A stretch of 64,000 bases of DNA from an uncultured Alphaproteobacteria bacterium. Lineage in GTDB: Bacteria > Pseudomonadota > Alphaproteobacteria > RF32 > CAG-239. The first letter of the stretch is position 1, and every line of letters starts with the position of its first letter. The stretch is from contig CALXWB010000004.1 in assembly GCA_944392225.1 (NCBI GenBank), positions 206 through 64,205 of the forward strand, in the 5' to 3' direction. This document shows positions 1 through 8,565 of the stretch, one piece after another. The translations under genes were made by a program, and so were the position numbers. The notes beneath the pieces are model-generated. The model was not told the origin of the DNA, made no database searches, and was given only the letters and a program-made list of their open reading frames with translations.

Positions 1-1051
1 TTTCTTTAATTTCGGTAAAACCTTTTTCAATCTGTCGATTGGCTTTTTCCATATCTTCAGCTTTAATAAAATAGGTTTTGGTATTGCTGATTTTCAAAGG
101 TTGAGAAAAATCTTCATTCTGTGTTTCCGAAAAAGCAATTTCACCGTCTTTTCTTTCAATCAATCTTTCAAGGAAAGTGTTTTTGATGGCGGAAGAGAAA
201 AAGCCGGTCGGGCTGAATCTTTGCAAGATAACGTCACCTTTTTTAAGGTGAAGCATGAGCTTTTTCCAGGCCTCAGAAACGGGGCTTTCTTTAGTAATCA
301 TCGGTCTTGTGCCAAATTGGAAAGCAATTTTGCCGATATCCGGGTTGTTGATATAATCATCCCATTCGTCAAGGTTCCAAACGCCGCCGGCCATAATGAT
401 TGGCAAATCATTCAAGCCAAGGTTATTTAAAGTTTTTCTGAGCTCAACCAAGCGTTCATAAGGAGATTGCGGCTTAGTCGGATCTTCGGCATTAGATAAG
501 CCGTTATGGCCGCCGGCCAACCAAGGATCTTCATAAACCACGCCGCCCAAAAATTCTTTAAAATTGGCATAAGCGCGTTTCCACAAGATTTGAAAAGCTC
601 TGGCAGAAGAAACAATCGGGTAATAATAAACACCGAAGCGAGCCGCAATTTCGCCGAGTTTATAAGGTAAACCGGCACCGCAGGTCACGCCGTGAATCAA
701 GCCTTTGGCTTTTTCCAAGACGCCGTTTAAAATCTGCTCCGAGCCGCCGAGCTCCCACAGCATGTTCATGTGGATTCTTCCGTTTCCGGCAGAGACTTCA
801 TGGGCAATTTGAGCTTGAGCCACACCGCCTTTGATAGCCTGTTCAATCATTTCCTGATGGCGTTCTTTGCGGTCTTTTTTCAAATATTGTTCCAAGATGA
901 CGTTGCCGTTTTCATCATAAAAGTCGGGGCTGACGCCGGAAAAAGTTCCGACACAGTTTTCATGAGCCCAAGCGCCGGAAGTTCTGCCATCGGAAATATT
1001 AATTCCCTTACCGCCCTCAATCAGCGGATAAACCTCTTTTCCGGAAATCAT
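1..1051 (-). CDS. Nitronate monooxygenase (NMO / 2-nitropropane dioxygenase)-family FMN oxidoreductase; the 3' end runs off the window
   Basis: Absent from the ORF track because the window edge truncates it. My reverse-strand translation from ATG 1051 (alternative TTG 1072 behind AAGGA) stays open to base 1: MISGKEVYPLIEGGKGINISDGRTSGAWAHENCVGTFSGV...GVTCGAGLPY...DPWLAGGHNG...IIMAGGV. The AGGHxG motif is typical of NMO TIM-barrel enzymes. Plus-strand ORFs 101..430 and 770..1099 are antisense to it. Confidence 0.6.
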   Translation of the reverse strand, partial: MISGKEVYPLIEGGKGINISDGRTSGAWAHENCVGTFSGVSPDFYDENGNVILEQYLKKDRKERHQEMIEQAIKGGVAQAQIAHEVSAGNGRIHMNMLWELGGSEQILNGVLEKAKGLIHGVTCGAGLPYKLGEIAARFGVYYYPIVSSARAFQILWKRAYANFKEFLGGVVYEDPWLAGGHNGLSNAEDPTKPQSPYERLVELRKTLNNLGLNDLPIIMAGGVWNLDEWDDYINNPDIGKIAFQFGTRPMITKESPVSEAWKKLMLHLKKGDVILQRFSPTGFFSSAIKNTFLERLIERKDGEIAFSETQNEDFSQPLKISNTKTYFIKAEDMEKANRQIEKGFTEIKE

Positions 1052-1181
1052 AATCGGGTTAAGCTGTTTCAAAGTTTTTATCCTTACATCAAATTATAAA
1101 ACACATCTGCACAGCAAGATAACATAAAAAATTTTTTTTGTAGAGAAAAAAATGATGTTTACGCCGAGTTTTTTTGCGTTT

Positions 1182-2681
1182 TTATTCAAGCGGCAAAGCC
1201 AAAGAAAGCAAATTCTTTGGAATATCATTAATTGAAACAAGGGCGATAATGATACAAATAAGTGCATAAACCTGAATCATTTGCATAACAGCTTTGTTTT
1301 TGAGCACCGGCAGATAAGCATAATATTTATTAATGGCAAAGTTAATTCCGAGCATAATCAATGTAACAATAATGGCTTGCAGCCCGATTCCCACGGATAA
1401 GATAAAATCTGCGGCAAAGGACAAAATTTTGTAAAGAAAAGTAAAAAAGAGCATATAAACAGCCAAAATCACCCCGGAAATAATTTGCATTTTGTGGTTA
1501 AGGGCTTCTTTTTCTTCTTTGTTTTTCTGAGCATGTTCTAAGGTTAAAGCTTCAACCGTCATACCGCGAATGGTTTCCGGTGTTTCTTTTTGTTTTTTAA
1601 TGTCTGACAAATTGTGATAGAACTTATCTTCCACCATGCACAGACCACAGCCTTTAGAGGTAAAATAAACATGATTGTGATTTTTTTTGCAAATTTTCAA
1701 ATTGTGCATCAACTTCCACAAATGTTCTTGCCATTCATGGGCGGTTGGGCGGTTTCCGCTTTTGGTGAAGGCGCGTTCAAACAGCTCCAAGGTTGCTTTG
1801 TCAAAATATTCATGAATGGAGTAGGGGTGCGGCGCTTGATAAGCATCGGGCCAAAGGCCGTAAGCATAATGATATTGTTCGATTCGCTCCTGAATGGTGA
1901 GCATTTTTTCGCCGCTTTTTCGCGGTGTTCCGGAAAAAGGATGGATTCCGTTATTCAGCAAACGAAAGATGATAACGGCCAGGGCAAATTTATCTTGTTC
2001 TTCGCCCATATCGGCACAATTTTGCTCCATCCCTTCAGGGTAAATATATTCTTCACTGACAAATTCAGCCGGATAGCGTCCATGTTCTCCTTTGATGGAA
2101 AATCCGTCACAATCCACCATGGCCACCATCATATTGTTTTTATAAACCGAAACATTGGATGGCTTTAAATCCACGATATAGTGCTCACATTTGTGCAATG
2201 CGGCCACCATGGAAGCCAGGTTATAAGCGGCAAAAATGCGATAAGCATAGCTTTCGGGCAGGTTGAGTTTTTTGCGAATGGCTTTTTGCATCAAATGGTC
2301 AAGAGAGACGGCATCATCCATTTTAATCAAGGGCATCAGATAGCCGACGCAAAATCCGTTTTCATCTTCCAAAAGGGCTTCCGGCCAAGCAATCTGCACA
2401 TAGTTGATTCCATCAATCACGGCATCGGGAAAATGCGGCCGATTAAGAAGCATGGCCTCAAGTTTTTGGCGGTTGGTGGCGGATTTGTTTTTGGAATGAA
2501 AAAGTTTCACCACCTGGTTGGGGTTATCGGCATTAAGATAAATCTTTCCGGCAGCGCCGCCTTTGTTAACAAGTTTTCCGACGCGGATTTTTTCAAAATG
2601 TCCGTCGCCGTAAACAGCGTTAAATTCCAAATTTTCAAAAGATTCCGTATTCTTTTCCATAATGCTTACAACCTTGCCCAT
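1182..2681 (-). CDS. Membrane-anchored Ser/Thr protein-kinase-like protein (kinase arm of a vWA/PP2C/kinase triad)
   Basis: 499 aa. Has a Gly-loop/Lys region 'GGAAGKIY...VVKLF', a catalytic-loop-like 'HYIVDLKPSNV' and a DFG-equivalent 'VDCDGF'. Also a Cys/His cluster 'CKKNHNH..GCGLC' and several hydrophobic helices in the last ~120 aa. Overlaps the upstream PP2C gene by 16 nt (alternative ATG at 2660). Confidence 0.75.
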   Translation of the reverse strand: MGKVVSIMEKNTESFENLEFNAVYGDGHFEKIRVGKLVNKGGAAGKIYLNADNPNQVVKLFHSKNKSATNRQKLEAMLLNRPHFPDAVIDGINYVQIAWPEALLEDENGFCVGYLMPLIKMDDAVSLDHLMQKAIRKKLNLPESYAYRIFAAYNLASMVAALHKCEHYIVDLKPSNVSVYKNNMMVAMVDCDGFSIKGEHGRYPAEFVSEEYIYPEGMEQNCADMGEEQDKFALAVIIFRLLNNGIHPFSGTPRKSGEKMLTIQERIEQYHYAYGLWPDAYQAPHPYSIHEYFDKATLELFERAFTKSGNRPTAHEWQEHLWKLMHNLKICKKNHNHVYFTSKGCGLCMVEDKFYHNLSDIKKQKETPETIRGMTVEALTLEHAQKNKEEKEALNHKMQIISGVILAVYMLFFTFLYKILSFAADFILSVGIGLQAIIVTLIMLGINFAINKYYAYLPVLKNKAVMQMIQVYALICIIIALVSINDIPKNLLSLALPLE

Positions 2682-3412
2682 AAAAGAGTTTTATCATCAG
2701 AATTAAGTTTTCTGGCTTGAGAATTGTTTAAAGTATTGGCCAAAGCGCGTCTGGCTTTGAGCTTGCTTTTTTCCTGATTAAGAAAATTATGAATTGGCAA
2801 AAGAAAATTTTTTTCAATATTTCTAAAATCGGCAGAAAAAGAAAAGTTAGTCAGCCCATCGCTCATTAAAAACACGGCATCGGCATTTTCAAAAGATGTG
2901 AAGCGCAAATTTTCTTTCCAATTTTCTTGGGTGTAGAAAAAAGTTTCGCAAGAAAAATTGCCGTTAGACGGAGGGGAGACAATAAAATTATTATAATTTT
3001 CTTCAGATAAAGCCAAGGCAGCACCGTCACCGATATGGAAGAAGATGCCTTTATTTTGATAATAAACCACCCCGACGATTGTGGCAGAAAAATCCATCAT
3101 TCCTTTGGCGCAATGTGTTTTGTTAAGGCGGTGGCGCAAAACTTTGGCGCGTGCAATTTCAATGGCGTGGCAAATCTGATCCTGAATATTATCAAAGGCT
3201 GAATTTTTGAGCAAATCGATGAGGGTATCGCAGGCAATTTTGGCGCCGATTTTGCCAAATTTTGCCGAGCCGGCTCCGTCAGAAACAATGGCCACAAAAT
3301 TTTTGCTTTTGGTAGAATGTTTGCAAAAATCCTGGCAGGGCAAGTTTTTGTTAAGGTGCAACGGGCCTTGGATTGTTGCAGAAACAACCTTGATATTATT
3401 GGTTTTCTTCAT
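2666..3412 (-). CDS. PP2C-family Ser/Thr protein phosphatase
   Basis: Asp-rich metal-binding motifs 'AIVSDGAGSA', 'FFHIGDGA' and 'VFLMSDGL' are typical of bacterial PP2C_2-type phosphatases. I moved the start from 3448 to ATG 3412 (MKKTNN..., GGAG 7 nt upstream). It overlaps the vWA gene stop. Confidence 0.75.
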   Translation of the reverse strand: MKKTNNIKVVSATIQGPLHLNKNLPCQDFCKHSTKSKNFVAIVSDGAGSAKFGKIGAKIACDTLIDLLKNSAFDNIQDQICHAIEIARAKVLRHRLNKTHCAKGMMDFSATIVGVVYYQNKGIFFHIGDGAALALSEENYNNFIVSPPSNGNFSCETFFYTQENWKENLRFTSFENADAVFLMSDGLTNFSFSADFRNIEKNFLLPIHNFLNQEKSKLKARRALANTLNNSQARKLNSDDKTLLWARL

Positions 3413-4088
3413 CCCAATCTCCGGTATCTTCAAGCAAGTCGGGCACATTGGGCGCAGCTTTGGAAATGCAAGAAACCGAGCGGCTGAGCCAGAGGAAAAA
3501 TTCGGTAAATTTCAAGCCGGTCAAACGTTTGGGTGACAAGGTTGAAAATTTGGCCAATTTTTCGAGGTTGGCATCTTGTGTTCCCACGGCATGAATCACC
3601 ACCTTTTTGTTTTGTTGTGCATAGCGGCATTTTTCAGCCACAATCTCCCAGTCATAATCCGTAGGTTCACCATCGCTGATGAGAAAAATCCAGGGCCGTT
3701 TTGAGGTGATACCGCAGCTGTCATAAAGACATTTTTGTTCCTCAATTTTTTGCAAAGCAAGTTCCATGGCTTTGCCAAGCGGGGTGAGGCCGCCGGCTTC
3801 CATAGTAGGTGCGGTAAAGTTCATGGCATCGGTCCAATCGGAAGAAACAACGGCTTCATCTTTGCCAAAGGCTTTAATGATAAGGAGTTGCACGCGAGAG
3901 CTGGCATCAATGTCTTCTTTGAGTTCTTTTTCCAGAGCTTTCAAGCCGGCGTTGAGCTGTTTGATAGGTTCGCCGCGCATGGAGCCGGAACAATCAAGCA
4001 CCAAAACGCAAGGTGTGCGTTCATTGGCATTATCGGCAAATTCCACATAGGGAATCATTTCATCAATAAAATCATTATCGGCAACCAT
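3396..4088 (-). CDS. von Willebrand factor A (TerY-like) domain protein
   Basis: 230 aa with a MIDAS motif 'VLVLDCSGSM' (DxSxS) and a later 'FLISDGEPTD'. No signal peptide. First gene of the three overlapping genes vWA > PP2C > kinase. Confidence 0.8.
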   Translation of the reverse strand: MVADNDFIDEMIPYVEFADNANERTPCVLVLDCSGSMRGEPIKQLNAGLKALEKELKEDIDASSRVQLLIIKAFGKDEAVVSSDWTDAMNFTAPTMEAGGLTPLGKAMELALQKIEEQKCLYDSCGITSKRPWIFLISDGEPTDYDWEIVAEKCRYAQQNKKVVIHAVGTQDANLEKLAKFSTLSPKRLTGLKFTEFFLWLSRSVSCISKAAPNVPDLLEDTGDWDEENQ

Positions 4089-4110
4089 GGTTTAACTCCT
4101 GAAAAAAACT

Positions 4111-4251
4111 TTAATGTCTGGGATAAGTATGCGGATATCCGCTGCCTTCAATCGGCATGGGTGCAGAAACTTTTCCGCAGCCGGCCAAGTTAAAACACAT
4201 TAAAAGCACCAAAACCAGGCACGAGAATTTGCACAAATTTTTCATCATCAT
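4111..4251 (-). CDS. Small (46 aa) lipoprotein
   Basis: Below the ORF-track size cutoff. My translation is MMMKNLCKFSCLVLVLLMCFNLAGCGKVSAPMPIEGSGYPHTYPRH, a signal peptide plus lipobox L-A-G-C. It sits directly upstream of the vWA gene on the same strand. Confidence 0.45.
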   Translation of the reverse strand: MMMKNLCKFSCLVLVLLMCFNLAGCGKVSAPMPIEGSGYPHTYPRH

Positions 4252-4337
4252 TCCTTATAAATTCATCTTTTATTTATATATTATCTATATACTCTTAAAT
4301 AGAGTTTAACAAAGCCAAAAAAGAAGTTATCAAGAAG

Positions 4338-4865
4338 ATGAAAAAAAACATTTTAACTTTTTTGTTTACCTTAAGCTGGTGCTTCAATCTGCAGGCGGCG
4401 GAGCGAGCTGTTAATATATATGACATAGCAAGAGAAACCCCGCAAAGAGAGATCATTAACGAACAAGGAAAAAAGGTCAAATTGCAATCCTTCAAAGGAA
4501 ACTTTGTTTTGCTGATGTTGTGGTCAAGAAACTGTGTTCCTTGCGTCAAAGAGCTGGATAACCTCAATGGATTTGTCAATAAAATCAAAGATGAAAACAT
4601 CAAAGTTGTCATGTTGTCGCCAAGCAAAGAGTGGAACTCTTCTGCCGAGCAACGCGCTTTTGTGACCAAGTTTCATGCCCCTGATTTAGATTTATATACC
4701 GATGAAGACGGCAAATTGGCAGAAGATTTTGGGGTGTTTACCTCGCCGCACACGGTTTTGATAGATAAAAACGGCATGGAGGTTGGGCGTATCCGCGGTG
4801 CTGCCGAGTGGGATGATGACAAAGTTGTTGAATATATTAAAAATTTGAAAGAAAAGTTTGAATAA
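4338..4865 (+). CDS. TlpA/ResA-like periplasmic thiol:disulfide oxidoreductase (redoxin)
   Basis: Signal peptide MKKNILTFLFTLSWCFNLQA. Thioredoxin-fold CxxC active site in 'LLMLWSRNCVPCVKEL'. Size (175 aa) is typical of the family. Confidence 0.8.
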   Translation: MKKNILTFLFTLSWCFNLQAAERAVNIYDIARETPQREIINEQGKKVKLQSFKGNFVLLMLWSRNCVPCVKELDNLNGFVNKIKDENIKVVMLSPSKEWNSSAEQRAFVTKFHAPDLDLYTDEDGKLAEDFGVFTSPHTVLIDKNGMEVGRIRGAAEWDDDKVVEYIKNLKEKFE

Positions 4866-4866
4866 T

Positions 4867-5301
4867 ATGTCGGAAAAATTATACATCACTTGGGAAGATT
4901 TTCATCAACACGTTAAAGAGCTCTGCAAAAAGATAAAAGCAAGCGGCAGTTATAACAAAATTGTGGCGGTGAGCCGTGGCGGCCTGATTCCCGTCGGGAT
5001 AATTGCCTATGAGTTGGATATAAAAAACAATGAAACCATCAATTTTTCCAGCTATGACGATTCGCAACACCAATTATCCGATGAAAAAATCAAAATCTCG
5101 GCAAATATAGGCATTGTCGATGAAAAAACTTTGATTGTTGATGATTTGTCCGATACCGGGCGCACCTTAAAAATTTTGCGCCAAATATATCCTTCCGCCA
5201 CCTATGTCACGGTTTATGCCAAAGAGCAGGGCGCATCACAAGTAGATATCCACGCCTTAGACCTGCCCAATCAATGGGTGGTTTTCCCTTGGGATATATA
5301 G
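4867..5301 (+). CDS. gpt: Xanthine-guanine phosphoribosyltransferase
   Basis: MSEKLYITWEDFHQH...IVAVSRGGLIPVGIIAYEL...LIVDDLSDTGRTL...QWVVFPWD is collinear with E. coli Gpt (MSEKYIVTWDML...IIAVSRGGLVP...VIDDLVDTGGT...WIEQPWD). The start is placed at ATG 4867 rather than the track's TTG 4858. Confidence 0.9.
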   Translation: MSEKLYITWEDFHQHVKELCKKIKASGSYNKIVAVSRGGLIPVGIIAYELDIKNNETINFSSYDDSQHQLSDEKIKISANIGIVDEKTLIVDDLSDTGRTLKILRQIYPSATYVTVYAKEQGASQVDIHALDLPNQWVVFPWDI

Positions 5302-5306
5302 TTTTT

Positions 5307-6272
5307 CTAAGATAAATCAGGAAAAATGCTGATTCCCTTATGCATACGGGTCATTTGTGTTTCAATGGCGGTTCCGAGGTTAAGACTTCCCGTTTTAATA
5401 ATACCGCGCACCTGGTCGCCTTTGGTTGTATCGGGGTTGGCAAAAAGATAAGTAACTGCAGGCGTTTTAACATCTACGCCGCTCAAGGTTTGGTGCAACA
5501 CGCCGAGCATACCGCGAGAAAACAGGTCATAGGCCAAATCTTCGCTCATAGATGTTGCCGAAGCATATTTCACCACGGAATAAATGGCATCTGTAATATT
5601 GTTGGCGTGGATGGAAGACAAAACCAAGTGCCCTGAGGTTGCCGCACGCAAAACCTCACTGGCGGTTTCCGGCGTTCTGATCTCGCCCACCAGAATATAG
5701 CGCGGTTTAGAGCGCAAAGCTGATTTGAGTGAATCCCCCCAATTTTCATTAATGGGTTGTGTTTGTTTGCAAAGCCCCAACCCGCCTTTAATAGACTTAT
5801 ACACGCCGTCAAGCGGCATTTCCGAAGGGTCTTCAATGGTGTAGGCAAAGCCGCCTTCCATGGTGAGATATTCTTTGAGCAGAGCCGAAATTGAGGTGGT
5901 TTTGCCGGCGCCGGTCGGCCCTGACCACAAAATAAGTCCGCTGGCGTTGCTCAAAGACAACAAATGACGAGTGAGCTCTCGAGGAAAGCTGAGAGAGCCC
6001 AGAGGCGGAACTTTTTCAGGCATTTTTCTACAGCAATATTGGATTCCGTAGATGGTGACCGAGCGCTCGATACGATAATAAATATTTTCATATAAAACAG
6101 AATAGCTCGGATTCTCTCCAGACCAAGATTCTTCCAGCAAAGTATAAAAAATGTCCATATCTTCGGGCTTAATAATATTCAAACCGTTTTCTGTTCTGCC
6201 ATCGGGGATAAAGAAAGTTCTGTCCGGCGTGATATATAAATCAGAAAAATAAATACTATTGAGCTTTGTCAT
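5307..6272 (-). CDS. PilT/DotB(TraJ)-like hexameric secretion ATPase (GspE superfamily, short form)
   Basis: 321 aa. Walker A 'WSGPTGAGKTTS', Asp box / Walker B 'RYILVGEIR' and His box 'HLVLSSIHAN'. It lacks the long N-terminal domains and the Zn-finger of assembly ATPases. Confidence 0.7.
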   Translation of the reverse strand: MTKLNSIYFSDLYITPDRTFFIPDGRTENGLNIIKPEDMDIFYTLLEESWSGENPSYSVLYENIYYRIERSVTIYGIQYCCRKMPEKVPPLGSLSFPRELTRHLLSLSNASGLILWSGPTGAGKTTSISALLKEYLTMEGGFAYTIEDPSEMPLDGVYKSIKGGLGLCKQTQPINENWGDSLKSALRSKPRYILVGEIRTPETASEVLRAATSGHLVLSSIHANNITDAIYSVVKYASATSMSEDLAYDLFSRGMLGVLHQTLSGVDVKTPAVTYLFANPDTTKGDQVRGIIKTGSLNLGTAIETQMTRMHKGISIFPDLS

Positions 6273-6361
6273 TTTTATACACTTTCAGATATGAAAATAT
6301 TGCCATATTTCTTTAGATTTAATAATATTCAAACAGCGTAAACAAAAGGTAAACTAAAGCC

Positions 6362-7843
6362 ATGCAAAACAAAGATTGGACAATAAAAAACAACATTTTT
6401 CTGATTTTAATATCTGCTTTTGAGCTGGTTTTGGCACATAGCATGTTTTTTTCAGACAAAGTTTCTGTTCTGAGTCTCAACGGTGCGGTGGTGTTTATTC
6501 AGGCATTTCTGTTTTATGGTCTGATAACAAGCCTTGGCAAAAAAACAACCCTGATAATACATTTTTTAGTAAATATATTGCTGATATTGCTTTTGGTATA
6601 TCATCGCGTTTTTGACGAGCCGATATATTTGGGCGTGGTCAAACAACAATATAAAGAGGGGCTGGCCTATCTTTGGCGCTCTTTTTCGGTTTTTTTCAAC
6701 CGAAACATTCTCACCATCAGCCTATATTTTGTTTTCTCCGAGCTGTTAATTTGGAAATTTTATCAGGACACGGAGAAAAAACTGACAAAAATTTTGATTT
6801 TTGCCGTGCCGTTAATAATTTTTTACGGCCAATCTTTTCGCGATTTCAATCATCAACGTTTTGATAAAGGATATTTCAACACCGCGGTAGAAATCTTTGG
6901 TTATCCGCAAGGCTGGATTTATGAATTTGTCACGAACTACGGTGAACAGGAACAAATTGATAAGGTTATAAAAATGTCCAATGAAGAGGCGCTCCCTCTG
7001 CCCAAAGAATTATCCGGCTTAAAAAAACACAAACATATATATGTCGTGCAAATGGAGAGCATGCATTATGAGGCTTTTGCCAAAGAAGTAAATGGAAAAA
7101 AAGTCATGCCATTTTTGCAATCAATCAGCAAAGATGCTGCGGTATACAAGCTTTTTAAGAGAATTCCCAATCCATCGGCCAACAGCGATTTTGCCGTCAT
7201 GCACGGCGTTCATCACATTTCGGATTATTATTATGTTATCTATCAGATTGTCTCTCCGAAGGATCTATATCAAAAAATAAATCCTTGGGCGTGGAAATAC
7301 AAACAACAAGGGTATTATCTGGATTTTTATCATGGTTTCATCGGCGGGTTTTATAATCGTCGACCGTTTATTGAGGCGCAAAATTTTGATGAGATTTATT
7401 TTTATGAAGAGCTCAAAGACAAGCTTCCGAACTATGGCGATGAATGGGGTGTGGCCGATTTTGAGCTTTCCAACTTTATCATACAAAATCAGCAACAACG
7501 CAAACAGGAAAAAAGCCTTACCTTATATATAACGGTGACACCGCATGATCCGTTTGCTGTAGGCAAAAGATACCATCAGATATATCAAAATCCGCAAAAT
7601 CTTTTAGAACGATATTTCAATGCATATAACTATATGGATGGTGTTTTGCAAAACATCATCAGCCAAGCGCCGCAAGATTCTTTGTTTATCATATATTCAG
7701 ATCACCCTGTGGTCAAAGAGTTGTCTTCGGAAACGTTTTTCATGGTTTATTCCAACAGCCAAAATCTGAGTAGTCAAAAAAACATAAGCTTTGACAATGC
7801 TATGCAAATTATAAAAAGTATATTATCTGAACAAATACAATAA
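6362..7843 (+). CDS. Polytopic membrane protein with an extracytoplasmic sulfatase/alkaline-phosphatase-superfamily domain (LtaS / phosphoglycerol- or phosphoethanolamine-transferase-like)
   Basis: About 5 N-terminal TM helices, then 'IYVVQMESMHYEAF', 'PSANSDFAVMHG', 'TVTPHDPF' and 'IIYSDHP'. These resemble the LtaS-type 'V(I)QLESF / T.NSEF / HxPF / GDH' motifs. Confidence 0.65.
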   Translation: MQNKDWTIKNNIFLILISAFELVLAHSMFFSDKVSVLSLNGAVVFIQAFLFYGLITSLGKKTTLIIHFLVNILLILLLVYHRVFDEPIYLGVVKQQYKEGLAYLWRSFSVFFNRNILTISLYFVFSELLIWKFYQDTEKKLTKILIFAVPLIIFYGQSFRDFNHQRFDKGYFNTAVEIFGYPQGWIYEFVTNYGEQEQIDKVIKMSNEEALPLPKELSGLKKHKHIYVVQMESMHYEAFAKEVNGKKVMPFLQSISKDAAVYKLFKRIPNPSANSDFAVMHGVHHISDYYYVIYQIVSPKDLYQKINPWAWKYKQQGYYLDFYHGFIGGFYNRRPFIEAQNFDEIYFYEELKDKLPNYGDEWGVADFELSNFIIQNQQQRKQEKSLTLYITVTPHDPFAVGKRYHQIYQNPQNLLERYFNAYNYMDGVLQNIISQAPQDSLFIIYSDHPVVKELSSETFFMVYSNSQNLSSQKNISFDNAMQIIKSILSEQIQ

Positions 7844-7845
7844 TA

Positions 7846-7884
7846 AAAAAAGCCTTTTACTACACTAGGTAAAAGGCTTTTTTT
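7846..7884. terminator. Bidirectional rho-independent terminator between convergent genes
   Basis: Hairpin AAAAGCCTTTTAC (7847-7860) / loop TACACTAG / GTAAAAGGCTTTT (7869-7881), flanked by an A-run and a T-run. Confidence 0.7.
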
Positions 7885-7908
7885 CGACTGTAAAGAATAT
7901 AACTCGAC

Positions 7909-8487
7909 TTAGTAGTAAGTCCATTCAATAGTATTGCCAGGACCACCTTGATTGCATTCATTTACGGCAGTAATTGCCGAAATCGGAAGAGTATCTGTGC
8001 CAACGGTGTGAGTGTTGCTGTTAACTTTAATAGAAACCATACCATCAGAACCCCAGTCAGAAGATGCCAAGCTGGTGCAAGTTTCTTTACCTAAGCCATA
8101 ATAAGTAATAATAAAGTATGCACCAGAGTTTGTAGCTCCACTGTTAGAAATTTTTACATTTCCACCGAAAGCGTTAAGAATACCATCAGAAGTACCTACG
8201 TTAGAATAATTTCCAATACCACCGGGCAACATATCTCCCGGCACAATGTTTAATTGAACAGCGGTCTGGTTTGTTAAACCTTCATAGCTTGGCGAACCGG
8301 AGAAAGCCGTTCTGATATTAATCAACAGCATTGAAATCTGGTCTTGTGCCTTGGTCAATTTGAACTTAGCCATAGCTTTAGAATAACCGGAAATACCGCC
8401 CACAGACAGAACTCCGATAATTGCAAGAACACCGAGCATTTCAATCATCGAACGCCCTTTTTGTTCTGTCTTAAATAAATTTCTCAT
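7909..8487 (-). CDS. Type IV prepilin (major pilin candidate of the type IVb pilus locus)
   Basis: Class III signal 'MRNLFKTEQKG|RSMIEMLGVLAIIGVLSVGGISGY', with Gly at -1, Glu at +5 and a hydrophobic alpha1-N helix. Start moved to ATG 8487 (GGAGG upstream); the track start is 8499. Confidence 0.8.
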   Translation of the reverse strand: MRNLFKTEQKGRSMIEMLGVLAIIGVLSVGGISGYSKAMAKFKLTKAQDQISMLLINIRTAFSGSPSYEGLTNQTAVQLNIVPGDMLPGGIGNYSNVGTSDGILNAFGGNVKISNSGATNSGAYFIITYYGLGKETCTSLASSDWGSDGMVSIKVNSNTHTVGTDTLPISAITAVNECNQGGPGNTIEWTYY

Positions 8488-8565
8488 TTTAACCTCCATA
8501 CAGTCTTATTTTTCCTATACTATAACTATATAATATTAATAAATCTTAAACAATCCTAACTTTAG

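Noticed and set aside
101-1099. Plus-strand ORFs 101..430 and 770..1099, and minus-strand ORF 427..678.
   Set aside because: The first two are antisense to the truncated NMO-family gene and the third is an out-of-frame fragment of it. The NMO-family gene's continuous minus-strand frame spans 1..1051.
1614-2720. Plus-strand ORFs of 184 and 179 aa.
   Set aside because: They are antisense to the kinase-like gene and have no recognisable motifs. The minus-strand frame carries the kinase motifs and is translationally coupled to the PP2C gene.
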